DNA of 64,000 nucleotides. Source: a candidate division FCPU426 bacterium (lineage in GTDB: Bacteria > Oederibacteriota > Muellerivitia > Muellerivitales > Muellerivitaceae). The notes under the pieces are model-generated. The model did no database searches. It was not told where the DNA came from and worked only from the letters and a program-made list of their open reading frames with translations. This document shows positions 18,891-28,494 of this stretch, piece by piece; the stretch's first letter is position 1, and each line of letters begins with the position of its first letter. The stretch covers positions 160,001 to 224,000 of the forward strand of contig CAWKAR010000027.1 in NCBI GenBank assembly GCA_963847625.1. The letters are read 5' to 3'. Both the position numbers and the translations under genes were made by a program.

Positions 18891-19032
18891 TATCCGTGGC
18901 TAGGTTTATATTGGATAGGTGTGAAGTTTTATACAAGCTTAGTTCGACCATCTAAATAAACCCTTGATTTAAATTTGATAATGATTATCATTTAGCTAAA
19001 GCGGAATTTGAACATATCAAGGACTCTTTAAT

Positions 19033-20313
19033 ATGAAAAAAACCGAAGTTTTCTCCCATCACTTTCCCGGCTGGAAGAAGCTGGGCGCTTTCCTCATGGT
19101 CATGGGCCCCGGCCTGATCGTCATGCAGGCCGACACGGAGGCGGGAAGCATCACCACCGCGGCCGTGGCCGGGGCCCAATACGGCTATCTCCTGGTGGGG
19201 CTCCTCGTCATCCTGATCGTCCCGCTTTACGTGGTCCAGGAAATGACGGCCCGCCTGGGTTCCATCACGGGCAAGGGGCACGCCTTCCTGATCCGCCAAA
19301 AATACGGGATGGGCTGGGCCTGGGTTTCCCTGGTCATCCTCTTCGCCTGCAACGTCGCGGCCCTCGTCACGGAATTCGCGGGGATCCTGAGCGCGGCCCG
19401 GCTGGCCCATATCCCGCCCTTGTTTTCCGTATCCTTCGCCGCGGTGTTGCTCATCCTGGTCGTTATTTCCGGCACCTACAAAACCGCCGAATACATCGCC
19501 CTGGCCTTCTGCCTGGCCGACCTGCTTTTCATCCCCGCCGCCTTCATGGCCCACCCCGATTGGGGACAGGTTTTCCGGCAGTCCGTTTCCCTTCCCACGG
19601 GACCCATCACCCGGGATTTCGTCCTGATCGTCATCGGGATGATCGGGGCGGTCATCATGCCCTGGATGATCTATTACCAGCAAAGCGCGGTGGTGGATAA
19701 GAAGCTGAAAGGGGAGGACCTGGGCTTCGAGCGGCTGGATACGGCCATCGGAGCGGTCGTGACGGAGGCTATCATGGCCTTCATCGTCATCGCCACGGGC
19801 GCCACGCTCTACATGAACCACGTCTCCATCGACGACGCGGCCCAGGCGGCCCAGGCCCTCATTCCCCTGGCGGGGAAGTACGCCGGGGTCTTTTTCGCGG
19901 TGGGGCTGATCAGCGCCTCGTTCCTCGGGGCCTTCGTGGTGGCGGTTTCCACCGCCTGGGCCTTCGGGGAAACCTTCGGTTGGCCCCACAGCCTCAACCA
20001 CAACCTTCCCCAGGCCAAGCGGTTTTACGCCTTTTACGCGGCGGGGGTGGCCCTGGCGGCCGGCATCGTGCTGATCCCGAATATCCCCCTGGTCCACATC
20101 ATGGTCATGGTCCAGGTCGGGAACGCGCTTCTTCTTCCGATCGTGCTGGGTTTCCTGCTTCTCTTGACCAACGACAAGAATCTTTTAGGAAACGCGGTCA
20201 ACGGTTGGAAGGCCAACACCCTGGTCATCACGACCGGCGCCGTCGTCATTCTTCTGGGCCTTTTGTCCGTGGCCATGTCGTTCTTTCCCGACTGGCCGCC
20301 CTTCTTGAAATAA
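19033..20313 (+). CDS. NRAMP-family divalent metal cation transporter
   Basis: GPGL..ADTEAGS, GAQYGY, QEMTARLG..TGKG, GAVIMPW; about 11 TM. Confidence 0.9.
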   Translation: MKKTEVFSHHFPGWKKLGAFLMVMGPGLIVMQADTEAGSITTAAVAGAQYGYLLVGLLVILIVPLYVVQEMTARLGSITGKGHAFLIRQKYGMGWAWVSLVILFACNVAALVTEFAGILSAARLAHIPPLFSVSFAAVLLILVVISGTYKTAEYIALAFCLADLLFIPAAFMAHPDWGQVFRQSVSLPTGPITRDFVLIVIGMIGAVIMPWMIYYQQSAVVDKKLKGEDLGFERLDTAIGAVVTEAIMAFIVIATGATLYMNHVSIDDAAQAAQALIPLAGKYAGVFFAVGLISASFLGAFVVAVSTAWAFGETFGWPHSLNHNLPQAKRFYAFYAAGVALAAGIVLIPNIPLVHIMVMVQVGNALLLPIVLGFLLLLTNDKNLLGNAVNGWKANTLVITTGAVVILLGLLSVAMSFFPDWPPFLK

Positions 20314-20618
20314 ATCTCAATATTATTTTATTTATCTGTCATCGCGAGCCCCTGCGCCAATCGGCGCGCTGAGGGGCGTGGCGACCCCAGTTCATGGGGG
20401 GTTTTCGATTTACACTAATTGGTAGTTTTCTTTTTTCGCCCCCATTCGGAAACAAAATTCTGAATTTTAAATGTTTTATTTTAAATTGTGATGTGATTTT
20501 CGAATTCCGAAAATCCTCAATAATTCATAATTAAGAATTTAGAATTCATAATTGCATTTATAGGGATGCCCTTTCGCTTACTGGTGATGTGATCTACAGG
20601 GCCATTTGGAAGATGCTC

Positions 20619-21290
20619 TCATGAAGGGGGCAGGGGTTTAATAAACGGCAACAAATCGGCCAATTGGCCGAGGGAATCTACGAGCCAATCGGGGTGGAGG
20701 GATTCCAGCTTTTCCTTGGGGACGAACCCGTGTGAAACCAGGCCCACCCTCATTCCCGCGGCCCGGGCCGCTTCCAGGTCCACCGACGAATCACCGACCA
20801 TCACAGCTTCTTCCGGGGAGACCCCCATCTCCCGCAGGACCGCCAAGAGGGGATCAGGATTGGGTTTTTTATTCTGGGTGCTGTCTCCCCCCAGGATCGC
20901 GGAAAAGTAATGGAACAAGCCCAGCTTCTGAAGGGTGATGAGGGTGAGTTCATGGGGTTTATTGGAAACGAGCCCCAGTTTCAACCCGCGCTTTGTAAGC
21001 GCCTCCAGCAACTCCCGGGTCCCCGGAAAAACCAGGGTCTGGTCCACGCAATGTTCCCGGTAATGGGCCCCCAGGACCTTCAGGCCCTCCGCGAGAATGG
21101 CGGGATCCTCCGTGCCGAGTGCTTTCCGGTTCAGGTGCTCGACGCCCCAGCCGATATAACCCACCAGGGTATCCAAATCCAGGGGACACATTCCAAAGTG
21201 CCGGCGCGCGGCGTTGGCCGCGGCGGCGATGTCTTTTTTCGAGTCGATGAGGGTCCCGTCCAAATCGAAAAGAACCGCTTTTAGGACCAT
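20619..21290 (-). CDS. gph: HAD-IA phosphatase (phosphoglycolate phosphatase-like)
   Basis: FDLDGTLIDS, SNK, KPNP, VGDS..D. Confidence 0.85.
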   Translation of the reverse strand: MVLKAVLFDLDGTLIDSKKDIAAAANAARRHFGMCPLDLDTLVGYIGWGVEHLNRKALGTEDPAILAEGLKVLGAHYREHCVDQTLVFPGTRELLEALTKRGLKLGLVSNKPHELTLITLQKLGLFHYFSAILGGDSTQNKKPNPDPLLAVLREMGVSPEEAVMVGDSSVDLEAARAAGMRVGLVSHGFVPKEKLESLHPDWLVDSLGQLADLLPFIKPLPPS

Positions 21291-21338
21291 GAGGAAGCCT
21301 TTCTAGCAGGCAGCTGAAAAAGTAAAAATAGGACAACA

Positions 21339-21414
21339 TGCCGCTAAACAAATTAATAAAGACTGGGAATGCGGTATAGCACCGTTCTCAATATTTCATT
21401 ATGGTTAATCGGCA
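21339..21414 (-). mobile_element. TGCC..GGCA double-hairpin mini-element, copy B
   Basis: CA (TG on minus strand) duplicated at both ends; inverted relative to copy A. Confidence 0.6.
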
Positions 21415-21486
21415 CAAAGACTCAAAGACTCTGCGTAAAAGAACGAATATTTAATAGTTTATCTATGCTGGGCCTCTGAGTCTCTG

Positions 21487-21561
21487 TGCCGATTCACCAT
21501 TAGTCAGAAATTGAAATCGGTACTATACCGACCTCCTTAAAAAATTAATGGAAGGTCGGCA
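21487..21561 (+). mobile_element. TGCC..GGCA double-hairpin mini-element, copy A
   Basis: TGCCGAT..ATCGGTA-CTA-TACCGACCT..AGGTCGGCA, flanked by TG on both sides. Confidence 0.65.
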
Positions 21562-21722
21562 TGTGGTAAAAAGAGGTTTTGTTAATGTCTCTTAAAAGAT
21601 TATAGGGCGATTTCATATATGGCAACTTGAGATCATGGGTATTAAACGGGGGCCGCCTACCGGCATGGGCTGGAACGGCAATTCTAAATTCTCAATTGGC
21701 CATTAAATAGGTTTTCCGTCGG

Positions 21723-21828
21723 CATGGGCCGGGAGCCCCGTGAACATGAACTGGAACCCCGTGAACATAGGCCGGATGCCCCGTGAACATGGCCGGTAAC
21801 CCCGTGAACAAGGGCCGGGAGCCCCGTG
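21723..21828 (+). repeat. Tandem repeat, 5 units of 21-22 bp
   Basis: CAT(G)GGCCGGNNNCCCCGTGAA-like units. Confidence 0.85.
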
Positions 21829-21909
21829 TTGAATTATTGAGGATTTCCGAACCTCAGAAATCTACCAAAATTCATAATTCAAAACTCAAAATTCAAAATT
21901 GGCTTTTAA
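21827..21909 (+). repeat. 83-bp dispersed direct repeat, copy 1
   Basis: Identical to 22312-22394; variant at 23602-23668. Confidence 0.9.
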
Positions 21910-21910
21910 T

Positions 21911-22260
21911 GGGTTCTCGGGTTCTCGGGTTCTCGGGCAGTTCTTGGGTTCTCGGCTAGTTCTCGGGTTCTCGGGCAGTTCTCGGGTTCTCGGCTAGTTC
22001 TCGGGTTCTCGGGCAGTTCTCGGGTTCTCGGGCAGTTCTTGGGTTCTCGGGCAGTTCTCGGGTTCTCGGGCAGTTCTCGGGTTCTCGGGCAGTTCTCGGG
22101 TTCTCGGGCAGTTCTCGGGTTCTCGGGCAGTTCTTGGGTTCTCGGGCAGTTCTCGGGTTCTCGGGCAGTTCTCGGGTTCTCGGGCAGTTCTCGGGTTCTC
22201 GGGCAGTTCTTGGGTTCTCGGCTAGTTCTCGGGTTCTCGGGCAGTTCCCGAGTTCCGGGG
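21911..22260 (+). repeat. Compound minisatellite of GGGTTCTC (8 bp) and GGGCAGTTCTC (11 bp) units
   Basis: Directly visible ~350-bp array with GGCTAGTTCTC and TTCTT variants. Confidence 0.95.
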
Positions 22261-22311
22261 TTCCTGGGTTCCGGGGGCCTGGAACGGCAATTCTAAATTC
22301 TCAATGTTAAA

Positions 22312-22394
22312 TGTTGAATTATTGAGGATTTCCGAACCTCAGAAATCTACCAAAATTCATAATTCAAAACTCAAAATTCAAAATTGGCTTTTAA
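22312..22394 (+). repeat. 83-bp dispersed direct repeat, copy 2
   Basis: Identical to 21827-21909. Confidence 0.9.
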
Positions 22395-22561
22395 ATAGGT
22401 CCTGCCCGCAGGGGCCGGTGCTGGGTTTTACCATGGAAAATTCTCAAGACCACCTTTCTTTTACGGGTTTACCGTCCATAAACTTGTTCTCAGGTACGCC
22501 GGGGATGGCACCGGTCCGCCGCCGGATCGGCGGGGAAATCAGATGACTAAAGGGGAGAAAT

Positions 22562-23551
22562 ATGGAAACAGTTAATAACATAAGCAAACCGGGAACCGGC
22601 AGGGAGTTCGTTCTCACCCGGGTTTTCAAAGCTCCAAGGGAGTTGGTCTTCAAGGCTTGGACCGAGCCGGACCGTATCGCCCGCTGGTTTGGACCTAGGG
22701 GTATCTCGGTCAAAAGCGCCAAAATGGATTTGCGGCCGGGGGGGTCTCTTCTCACCTGCATGGCCGCCCCCGATAAAACTGAAACATGGGGAAAATGGGT
22801 GTTCCGAAAGATCGCCCCGCCGGCGGAACTTGTTTACATTAATTCTTTCTCGGATGAAAAAGGGGGGTTGACCCGCCACCCCATGCACTCCGCTTGGCCC
22901 TTGGAATTGCTCACCACTGTCGTATTGAAGGACAAGGGAGGGGAAACCGCAGTCACGCTCAAGTGGCTTCCGCTCAACGCGACGGAAGGGGAAGCCAGCG
23001 CCTTTGAAAACGCCATGGAGGGGATGAAGGCCGGCTGGACGGGGACTTTCGACCAGCTGGAGGGGTACCTGGTGGAAGTTGGGAGTGAAATAGGACCCCA
23101 TCCCCTGGACCTCCGGCTCACCCGGACCGTGGAAGCCCCGCGGGAAAAGGTGTTCGAGGCCTTTACCCGCGCTGAGCATCTGGTGCGGTGGTGGGCCCCC
23201 GGGGGGTTATCCATGCCCCTATGCGAAGTCGACTTGCGGCCGGGGGGCACTTGGCGTTACAGCTTCCGCTCGCCCGAGGGCTGGGAGCACAGCTGCGTCA
23301 CGGTTTATTCAATAGTGGCACCGCCCCGAAAGCTCGTCATGGAAGCCCATGTCCCGGCCAAGGATGGGCAACCGATCTTCAGGATCAGGCAAACCGTGAT
23401 CCTGGAGGAAAAAGGGGATGCGACCGTGGTGGATTTGGATGTGAAAATCCTCCTCGCCAATCCGGGGTCGGAACCCTACCTGGCCGGGATGAAGGAAGGC
23501 ACGAACCAAACCCTGGACAACCTGGTAGCCTACCTAAAGAAATCGAGGTAA
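22562..23551 (+). CDS. Tandem SRPBCC (AHSA1/START-like) domain protein
   Basis: Two copies of TR.F.APRE.VF.A.T...RW..P...DLRPGG. Confidence 0.9.
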   Translation: METVNNISKPGTGREFVLTRVFKAPRELVFKAWTEPDRIARWFGPRGISVKSAKMDLRPGGSLLTCMAAPDKTETWGKWVFRKIAPPAELVYINSFSDEKGGLTRHPMHSAWPLELLTTVVLKDKGGETAVTLKWLPLNATEGEASAFENAMEGMKAGWTGTFDQLEGYLVEVGSEIGPHPLDLRLTRTVEAPREKVFEAFTRAEHLVRWWAPGGLSMPLCEVDLRPGGTWRYSFRSPEGWEHSCVTVYSIVAPPRKLVMEAHVPAKDGQPIFRIRQTVILEEKGDATVVDLDVKILLANPGSEPYLAGMKEGTNQTLDNLVAYLKKSR

Positions 23552-23601
23552 GCGGAAGCCTGCCCGCATTTCAACGGCAATTGTTAATTATGAATGTTAA
23601 A

Positions 23602-23668
23602 TGTTGAATTATTGAGGATTTCCGAAATCTACCAAAATTCATAATTCAAAACTCAAAATTCAAAATTG
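23602..23668 (+). repeat. Dispersed direct repeat, copy 3 (8-bp internal deletion)
   Basis: TGTTGAATTATTGAGGATTTCCGAAATCTACCAAAATTC... Confidence 0.85.
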
Positions 23669-23779
23669 TCTTTCATTTGTTATTCCTACAGTAGTCCTGC
23701 CCGCAGAAGCCAGGTATAACAAGCGTATCCATCTGCCGGCAAAGTGATAATATCGGGAACATTGGATAGGAGGCTTTTC

Positions 23780-24256
23780 ATGGGTGTCCGGCGCGAATTG
23801 AGGTTCAAGATCCTGGACGACGCCAGGCGGGAGCTGGCCCTATTGGAGAAGGGTCCGGTGGCCACGACGGGGAACTGGTCCTATTTCCAGATCCTGACCC
23901 ATTGCGCCACTTCCCTCGAGGGGACCATGAAAGGGATCAAGAGGGACATATCCTGGTGGAAGAGGCATTTCTCCGGGCCGCGCGCGGCCAGGAGGGTGAT
24001 GGCCCAGGGTTTCATACCCGCCGGGGTCAATTCGTCCTCGACCCTGAAGCCCGAAAGGGTGGAAGGGGACGAAAAAGAGGCCCTGATCCGTTTGAGGAAG
24101 GCGATGGAGGATTTCGAGAAATTCGAGGGCCCCTTGAGCGAGCATCCGCGGTTCGGCCCTTTGAATAAGAATCATTGGATCCATTTCCACGCCATGCACT
24201 TGGCGAACCATTTGGGTTTCGCCAAACCCAAGGATTCTGACGGGGGAAAAGCGTGA
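23780..24256 (+). CDS. DUF1569 / DinB-superfamily protein
   Basis: GNWS..QILTHC and HPRFGPL...W..FH..H..HL metal-binding His pattern; AGGAGG RBS. Confidence 0.8.
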   Translation: MGVRRELRFKILDDARRELALLEKGPVATTGNWSYFQILTHCATSLEGTMKGIKRDISWWKRHFSGPRAARRVMAQGFIPAGVNSSSTLKPERVEGDEKEALIRLRKAMEDFEKFEGPLSEHPRFGPLNKNHWIHFHAMHLANHLGFAKPKDSDGGKA

Positions 24257-24675
24257 AATTATCCATCCAAGATAAACAACTCATCGGGGAAGCCAAGCAC
24301 ATCATCGTCAAGTCGCGGCCAGTCAGGCTGGACAACACCGGGGATGTCGGGGCCGCGCTGGTTACTCCCCAGGGCAATGTCTACCGCGGGGTTTGCACCG
24401 GCTTTGGCTGCGGAATCGATTCCTGCGCGGAATTCCAGGCCATCGGGGCGATGATTTCCAACGGGGAAAAGGAAATCAAGAAAATAGTGGCGGTTTGGTT
24501 CGATAAAAAGACGGGAAAGTACCAGGTGATCCCGCCTTGCGGGAAGTGCAGGGAAATGATCAAGCAAGTCTGCAAGAAAAATCATAAGACGGAAGTGATC
24601 ATCTCAGAGTCGAAAAAAGTAAGCTTGAAGGATTTGCTCCCCCATTCCTGGGGCGGTACTATCGATCAAGGATAA
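24253..24675 (+). CDS. Cytidine deaminase / blasticidin-S-deaminase-like Zn deaminase
   Basis: VGAAL, CAE, PPCGKCRE, DLLP; GTGA overlap with upstream gene. Confidence 0.85.
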   Translation: MKLSIQDKQLIGEAKHIIVKSRPVRLDNTGDVGAALVTPQGNVYRGVCTGFGCGIDSCAEFQAIGAMISNGEKEIKKIVAVWFDKKTGKYQVIPPCGKCREMIKQVCKKNHKTEVIISESKKVSLKDLLPHSWGGTIDQG

Positions 24676-24972
24676 GCCCTGGATCCGCAATGAGGCCCGG
24701 TTCGATTTCCGCCCTCGGGAAATCCTCAACAATTCTTCATTTTTCATTGTTATTTGGATAACTCCTAACCCCTCACTCTTTATCCCCAGAAGCTTTAGCG
24801 CAGGGGGGCTAACTACTAACTTTTCTTTCGAAAGCTCCTCACTCCGTATTTTTGAATTGGTGGCATAATAAGGGTCCGTTATTGGCATGAGGCCAGGGGC
24901 CGGATAAAAACCATAAACCATGCCTGACCCCCAAAGCCGGTTAACCAAGCGAAATTCAAGGAGGTTTATCCG

Positions 24973-26688
24973 ATGGCTCAATTGAAAACGTTCGTGGTTT
25001 TAGTCCTTTTAACGGCTGGTATCCTGTTTCCGCTCGCGTGCAGCAACAAGAACTCCACCACCTCCCCCACGGTTCCCGGGGTTCCCACCCAGGGCATCCC
25101 CACCGTCACCTGCCCCCCCAACGGGCTTTGCGGCCTTTTCCTGGTCCAGAGGGTTTCCTACAGCGGTTCCTCGACCATCCTCAATATGGCCGCGACCGTG
25201 TCCGTGGCGGGTGCCGCGGTTTCCACGGCGGGCGTCACGGTGGACAGCCCCTCCAACGGCTCGTTTCCCCTGACCTGGTCCTCCGGGGCTTCCGATTACA
25301 CCACGGCCGTTTCCTGGGCCTACGAGCCCGGCGGGGCCTACACCGTCCATTTCGCCACCGCCATGGGGAACGCCGGCGCCTCGGTGACGGCGCCGGGCGG
25401 CATCACCGTTTCCCCCGACGGGCGGTCCACGACCTGGTCGGCCGACGGGAACCTGGACATCATGGAGGTTGCGAATAACGGGGGCTTCGTGTACTACTCC
25501 CTGACCGACCTTAACCCCCCGGTCAACCTGCCCGCCTCGGATTTCGCGAACCCCGGCACCTATATGTTCGTGGTGGACTGCAACCGGATCTCCGCCTTCA
25601 GCCAGGGCTTAACCGCCATCGAGTGCCAGGCGGCCGATGAGCTTTTCACCGACGTTTACGTGGCCACCTTCACGCCCACGAACACCGGCACCCCCACTCA
25701 TACCGGCACCCCCACCCGAACCAACACCCCGGGCAGCCCCACGGCCACGCCCACCCCAACCCACACGCCCACCATCACCGACACCTTTACCATCACCAAC
25801 ACGCCCACCATCACTAACACCCCCACCATCACCCTCACCCCCACCATCACCCGGACTTTCACTACCACCTCCACCCCCACCAACACCAACACGCCCACAT
25901 TCACCTATACGCCCATCCACCACCTGGTCAAATCCTTCGGGGTGACCAATGCCGCGGGCCTAGCGGTGGATTCGGCCAACGGGGTTCTTTTCGCGAGCAA
26001 CGGCTCCAACGGCAACATCATGGAATACAACCTCTCCACCGGCGCCACCATCCGGCAGATCGGGGATTACAACCTCCTGTCCGGCACCAACATGACTTGG
26101 GACGCGAACAACCATTACCTCTACGTGGTGGACAGCACCAATAACGCGGTCCAGAAATACAGTGAAACCAACGCCACCCATCTCGCCCAGTACGCCGGAT
26201 TCGCCCCGGCCCTTCTTTACGAGCCCCAGGGCATCACGACGGATTCCGCGGGCAACGTCTACGTGGCCGACGCGGGCAACGGAAGGGTGCTCAAGCTGGA
26301 CCCCACCCTGACCACCGCCGTCACCTGGACCTCCGCCGGGGCCGTCACCTTCTCGGCACCCTTCGGCATGGCCACGGACGGGGGCAATATCGACGTGGGC
26401 GATACCAACGCCTCCCTGGTTGATGTCGTCACCACCTCCGACGGCCTCGTCTCAAATTTCGGGGGCTGTTCCGCCACCCCCCCGCTTTGTTACCCCAGGT
26501 TCATGATGGCCTACACGGATGGTAACCTCTACATCGGCATCAACGGGACCACGGCCGTTTACGACCCCTCCACCGGGAGTTTTGTCGAGGACTGGCCGGT
26601 CACGGGGCCCATGGCTTGCGACACATCGGGGAATATCTACGTGGGGAACTTCAATACCCAACAGATTGACGAGTATTCCATCCACTAA
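24973..26688 (+). CDS. Lipoprotein with Thr/Pro-repeat linker and C-terminal NHL-repeat beta-propeller
   Basis: PLAC lipobox, TPTITNTPT repeats, [25 protein letters not shown] motif. Confidence 0.85.
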   Translation: MAQLKTFVVLVLLTAGILFPLACSNKNSTTSPTVPGVPTQGIPTVTCPPNGLCGLFLVQRVSYSGSSTILNMAATVSVAGAAVSTAGVTVDSPSNGSFPLTWSSGASDYTTAVSWAYEPGGAYTVHFATAMGNAGASVTAPGGITVSPDGRSTTWSADGNLDIMEVANNGGFVYYSLTDLNPPVNLPASDFANPGTYMFVVDCNRISAFSQGLTAIECQAADELFTDVYVATFTPTNTGTPTHTGTPTRTNTPGSPTATPTPTHTPTITDTFTITNTPTITNTPTITLTPTITRTFTTTSTPTNTNTPTFTYTPIHHLVKSFGVTNAAGLAVDSANGVLFASNGSNGNIMEYNLSTGATIRQIGDYNLLSGTNMTWDANNHYLYVVDSTNNAVQKYSETNATHLAQYAGFAPALLYEPQGITTDSAGNVYVADAGNGRVLKLDPTLTTAVTWTSAGAVTFSAPFGMATDGGNIDVGDTNASLVDVVTTSDGLVSNFGGCSATPPLCYPRFMMAYTDGNLYIGINGTTAVYDPSTGSFVEDWPVTGPMACDTSGNIYVGNFNTQQIDEYSIH

Positions 26689-27066
26689 AGGTTTTTCCTG
26701 AAATAGGTGTTTTTCGGTCAATTTTATTAGGAGATGCATCATGGCTAATGATAGAAAGCCTCAACAATTCAAAATCTAAAATTTAGAATTTAAATTTCCA
26801 CATGTTTTAAGCGATAGTCAGTTTTTCATCGTTTTAAATAATTTGCCTAATTCCTGGCATTTTTTCTCTACGAATTATAAATTCCTTATTTTTATTGGCT
26901 TTTTAATTGTTTGGTTTTAACTCCTAACTTCTCACTCCTAACTTCTAACTGTTTTCTTGAATGCCCCTCACTCCGATCTTTTGAATTGGTGGCATAATAA
27001 GATTCGGTTTTTAGCGAGAGGATTTGAGGTGGTCAGCACTTTTTGCGTTTATAAGGAATCACATTT

Positions 27067-28494
27067 ATGATCTTTAAAAGGGAACAAATAAACAAATGCC
27101 ATACCCCAACAGGAATGATTGATATACTTTCCGGTTTTAAGTATTTTTTTATATTTATAATAATGATATTTTTTATCGCCCCTGGTTTTCTGCGCGGGGA
27201 AGAATATTCGAGATGGCCATTATCTCCTGAATCAGGACTTATTAAAAATAATAGTATTTTCCCTTCAATAGTTATGAAAGGGGAAATTTTCACATCTGCA
27301 CCTATAACAATTGGAAATAGAAAGGGTAAAGAAAAAAAGTTTCCTCAAATTATTTTTGATAATTGTGAAATTGATTCAATCACTTTTATTAATTGTTCTT
27401 TCGACACACTTTCTTTTTATGCATGCAAAATAAATAATATAATTCTAGAAAAATGCGATTCTATATGGGGTTTTCATTTTAATAATTGTGAACTTATAGA
27501 CCAAATTAAGATGGATTCATGCTCCACGACCCCAACAGATTCTTGTTCTTTTACAGGAATAAATGTTTATTCGCCATCGAATTGGAAAAGAGGATATTTA
27601 GGAGAAGAGAAAATATTGCTGACTAGAAATTTTCTTGATGATATTGATTTTTCTAATTGTTCGGTTGGCCACATATTTATTGAGGATAAAAAACAAAATT
27701 ACTACTCGGGGGAGCCAACAGAAATATATTTTTCTGGTAATTTTAAAACAATTGAAATGTCACACCTTGATCCCTTGGATTATGTTGAATTTGGCATTGC
27801 AACCTGTAACCAAATTTCCTTCGATACAATGTCCCACATTAATCAAAAAGATGAATACCCTTATCTTACGAGTAATTTAAAACTTACGGGGTTAACTGTA
27901 GATACTTTAAAAATGCGAGGAGATTTTTTCACGGAATCTAGCAAACCTGATTTAGAGGGGTTCGAATATAGAAATCTTCAATTTTTCAACAAAAAATCGA
28001 ATGATTATGAAATGAACATAACAAGAACAAGAATTGAAACTGCATCTGATATGTTCGGACCAGATTGGGATGGAGTTAGAAATCTTTTTTGGAAATCTAA
28101 TTATTCCAGTTCTGCTTATAAAACACTTTATGAAAAATTATTAAACCTTGGTAAAAATAAGTTGGCGGATCAAATTTATATAGATTGGCAATTCCGTGCG
28201 GTTAAAGATTCCCAGTGGTATAGCATTAATAAAATAAAAACTGAATTATTGTTTTTAATTGCTGGTTTTGGACGCTTAAGTTTATCGTGTATTCCATTTT
28301 TGTGGATTTTAGGTTTGTTTTTTCTTGGATATATATTGTTCCGACCTGAGAGGATGTTCCGAAAAGGACTAAATAAAGGGCTCGGAAAATGTTTATTATT
28401 TTCACCTTTTTGGCATTGTATGGATCTTATTGTTCCAGGGATGGATTTACATTCAGAAAGTGAATGGCAACCCAAAAAAAGATACCTGGAGTGA
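27067..28494 (+). pseudogene. AT-rich membrane protein with pentapeptide-like repeats, 3'-truncated by IS3
   Basis: F.NC repeats, C-terminal TM helices and SPFWHCMDLIVP..DL...W.P; its stop codon is the TGA of the IS3 left IR. Confidence 0.6.

Noticed and set aside
18988..20097. 369-aa minus-strand ORF, and similar long antisense ORFs (49121-50257, 12587-13468, 9921-10694)
   Set aside because: Shadow frames of GC3-rich real genes; no recognisable motifs
21723..22260. CRISPR array
   Set aside because: Units are directly tandem with no unique spacers, and there are no cas genes in the window
22039..22296. 85-aa repetitive ORF
   Set aside because: Translation of the minisatellite; unit lengths of 8 and 11 bp are not codon-preserving; no RBS
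22281..27001. Integron with attC sites
   Set aside because: No tyrosine integrase and no convincing RYYYAAC..GTTRRRY paired sites seen
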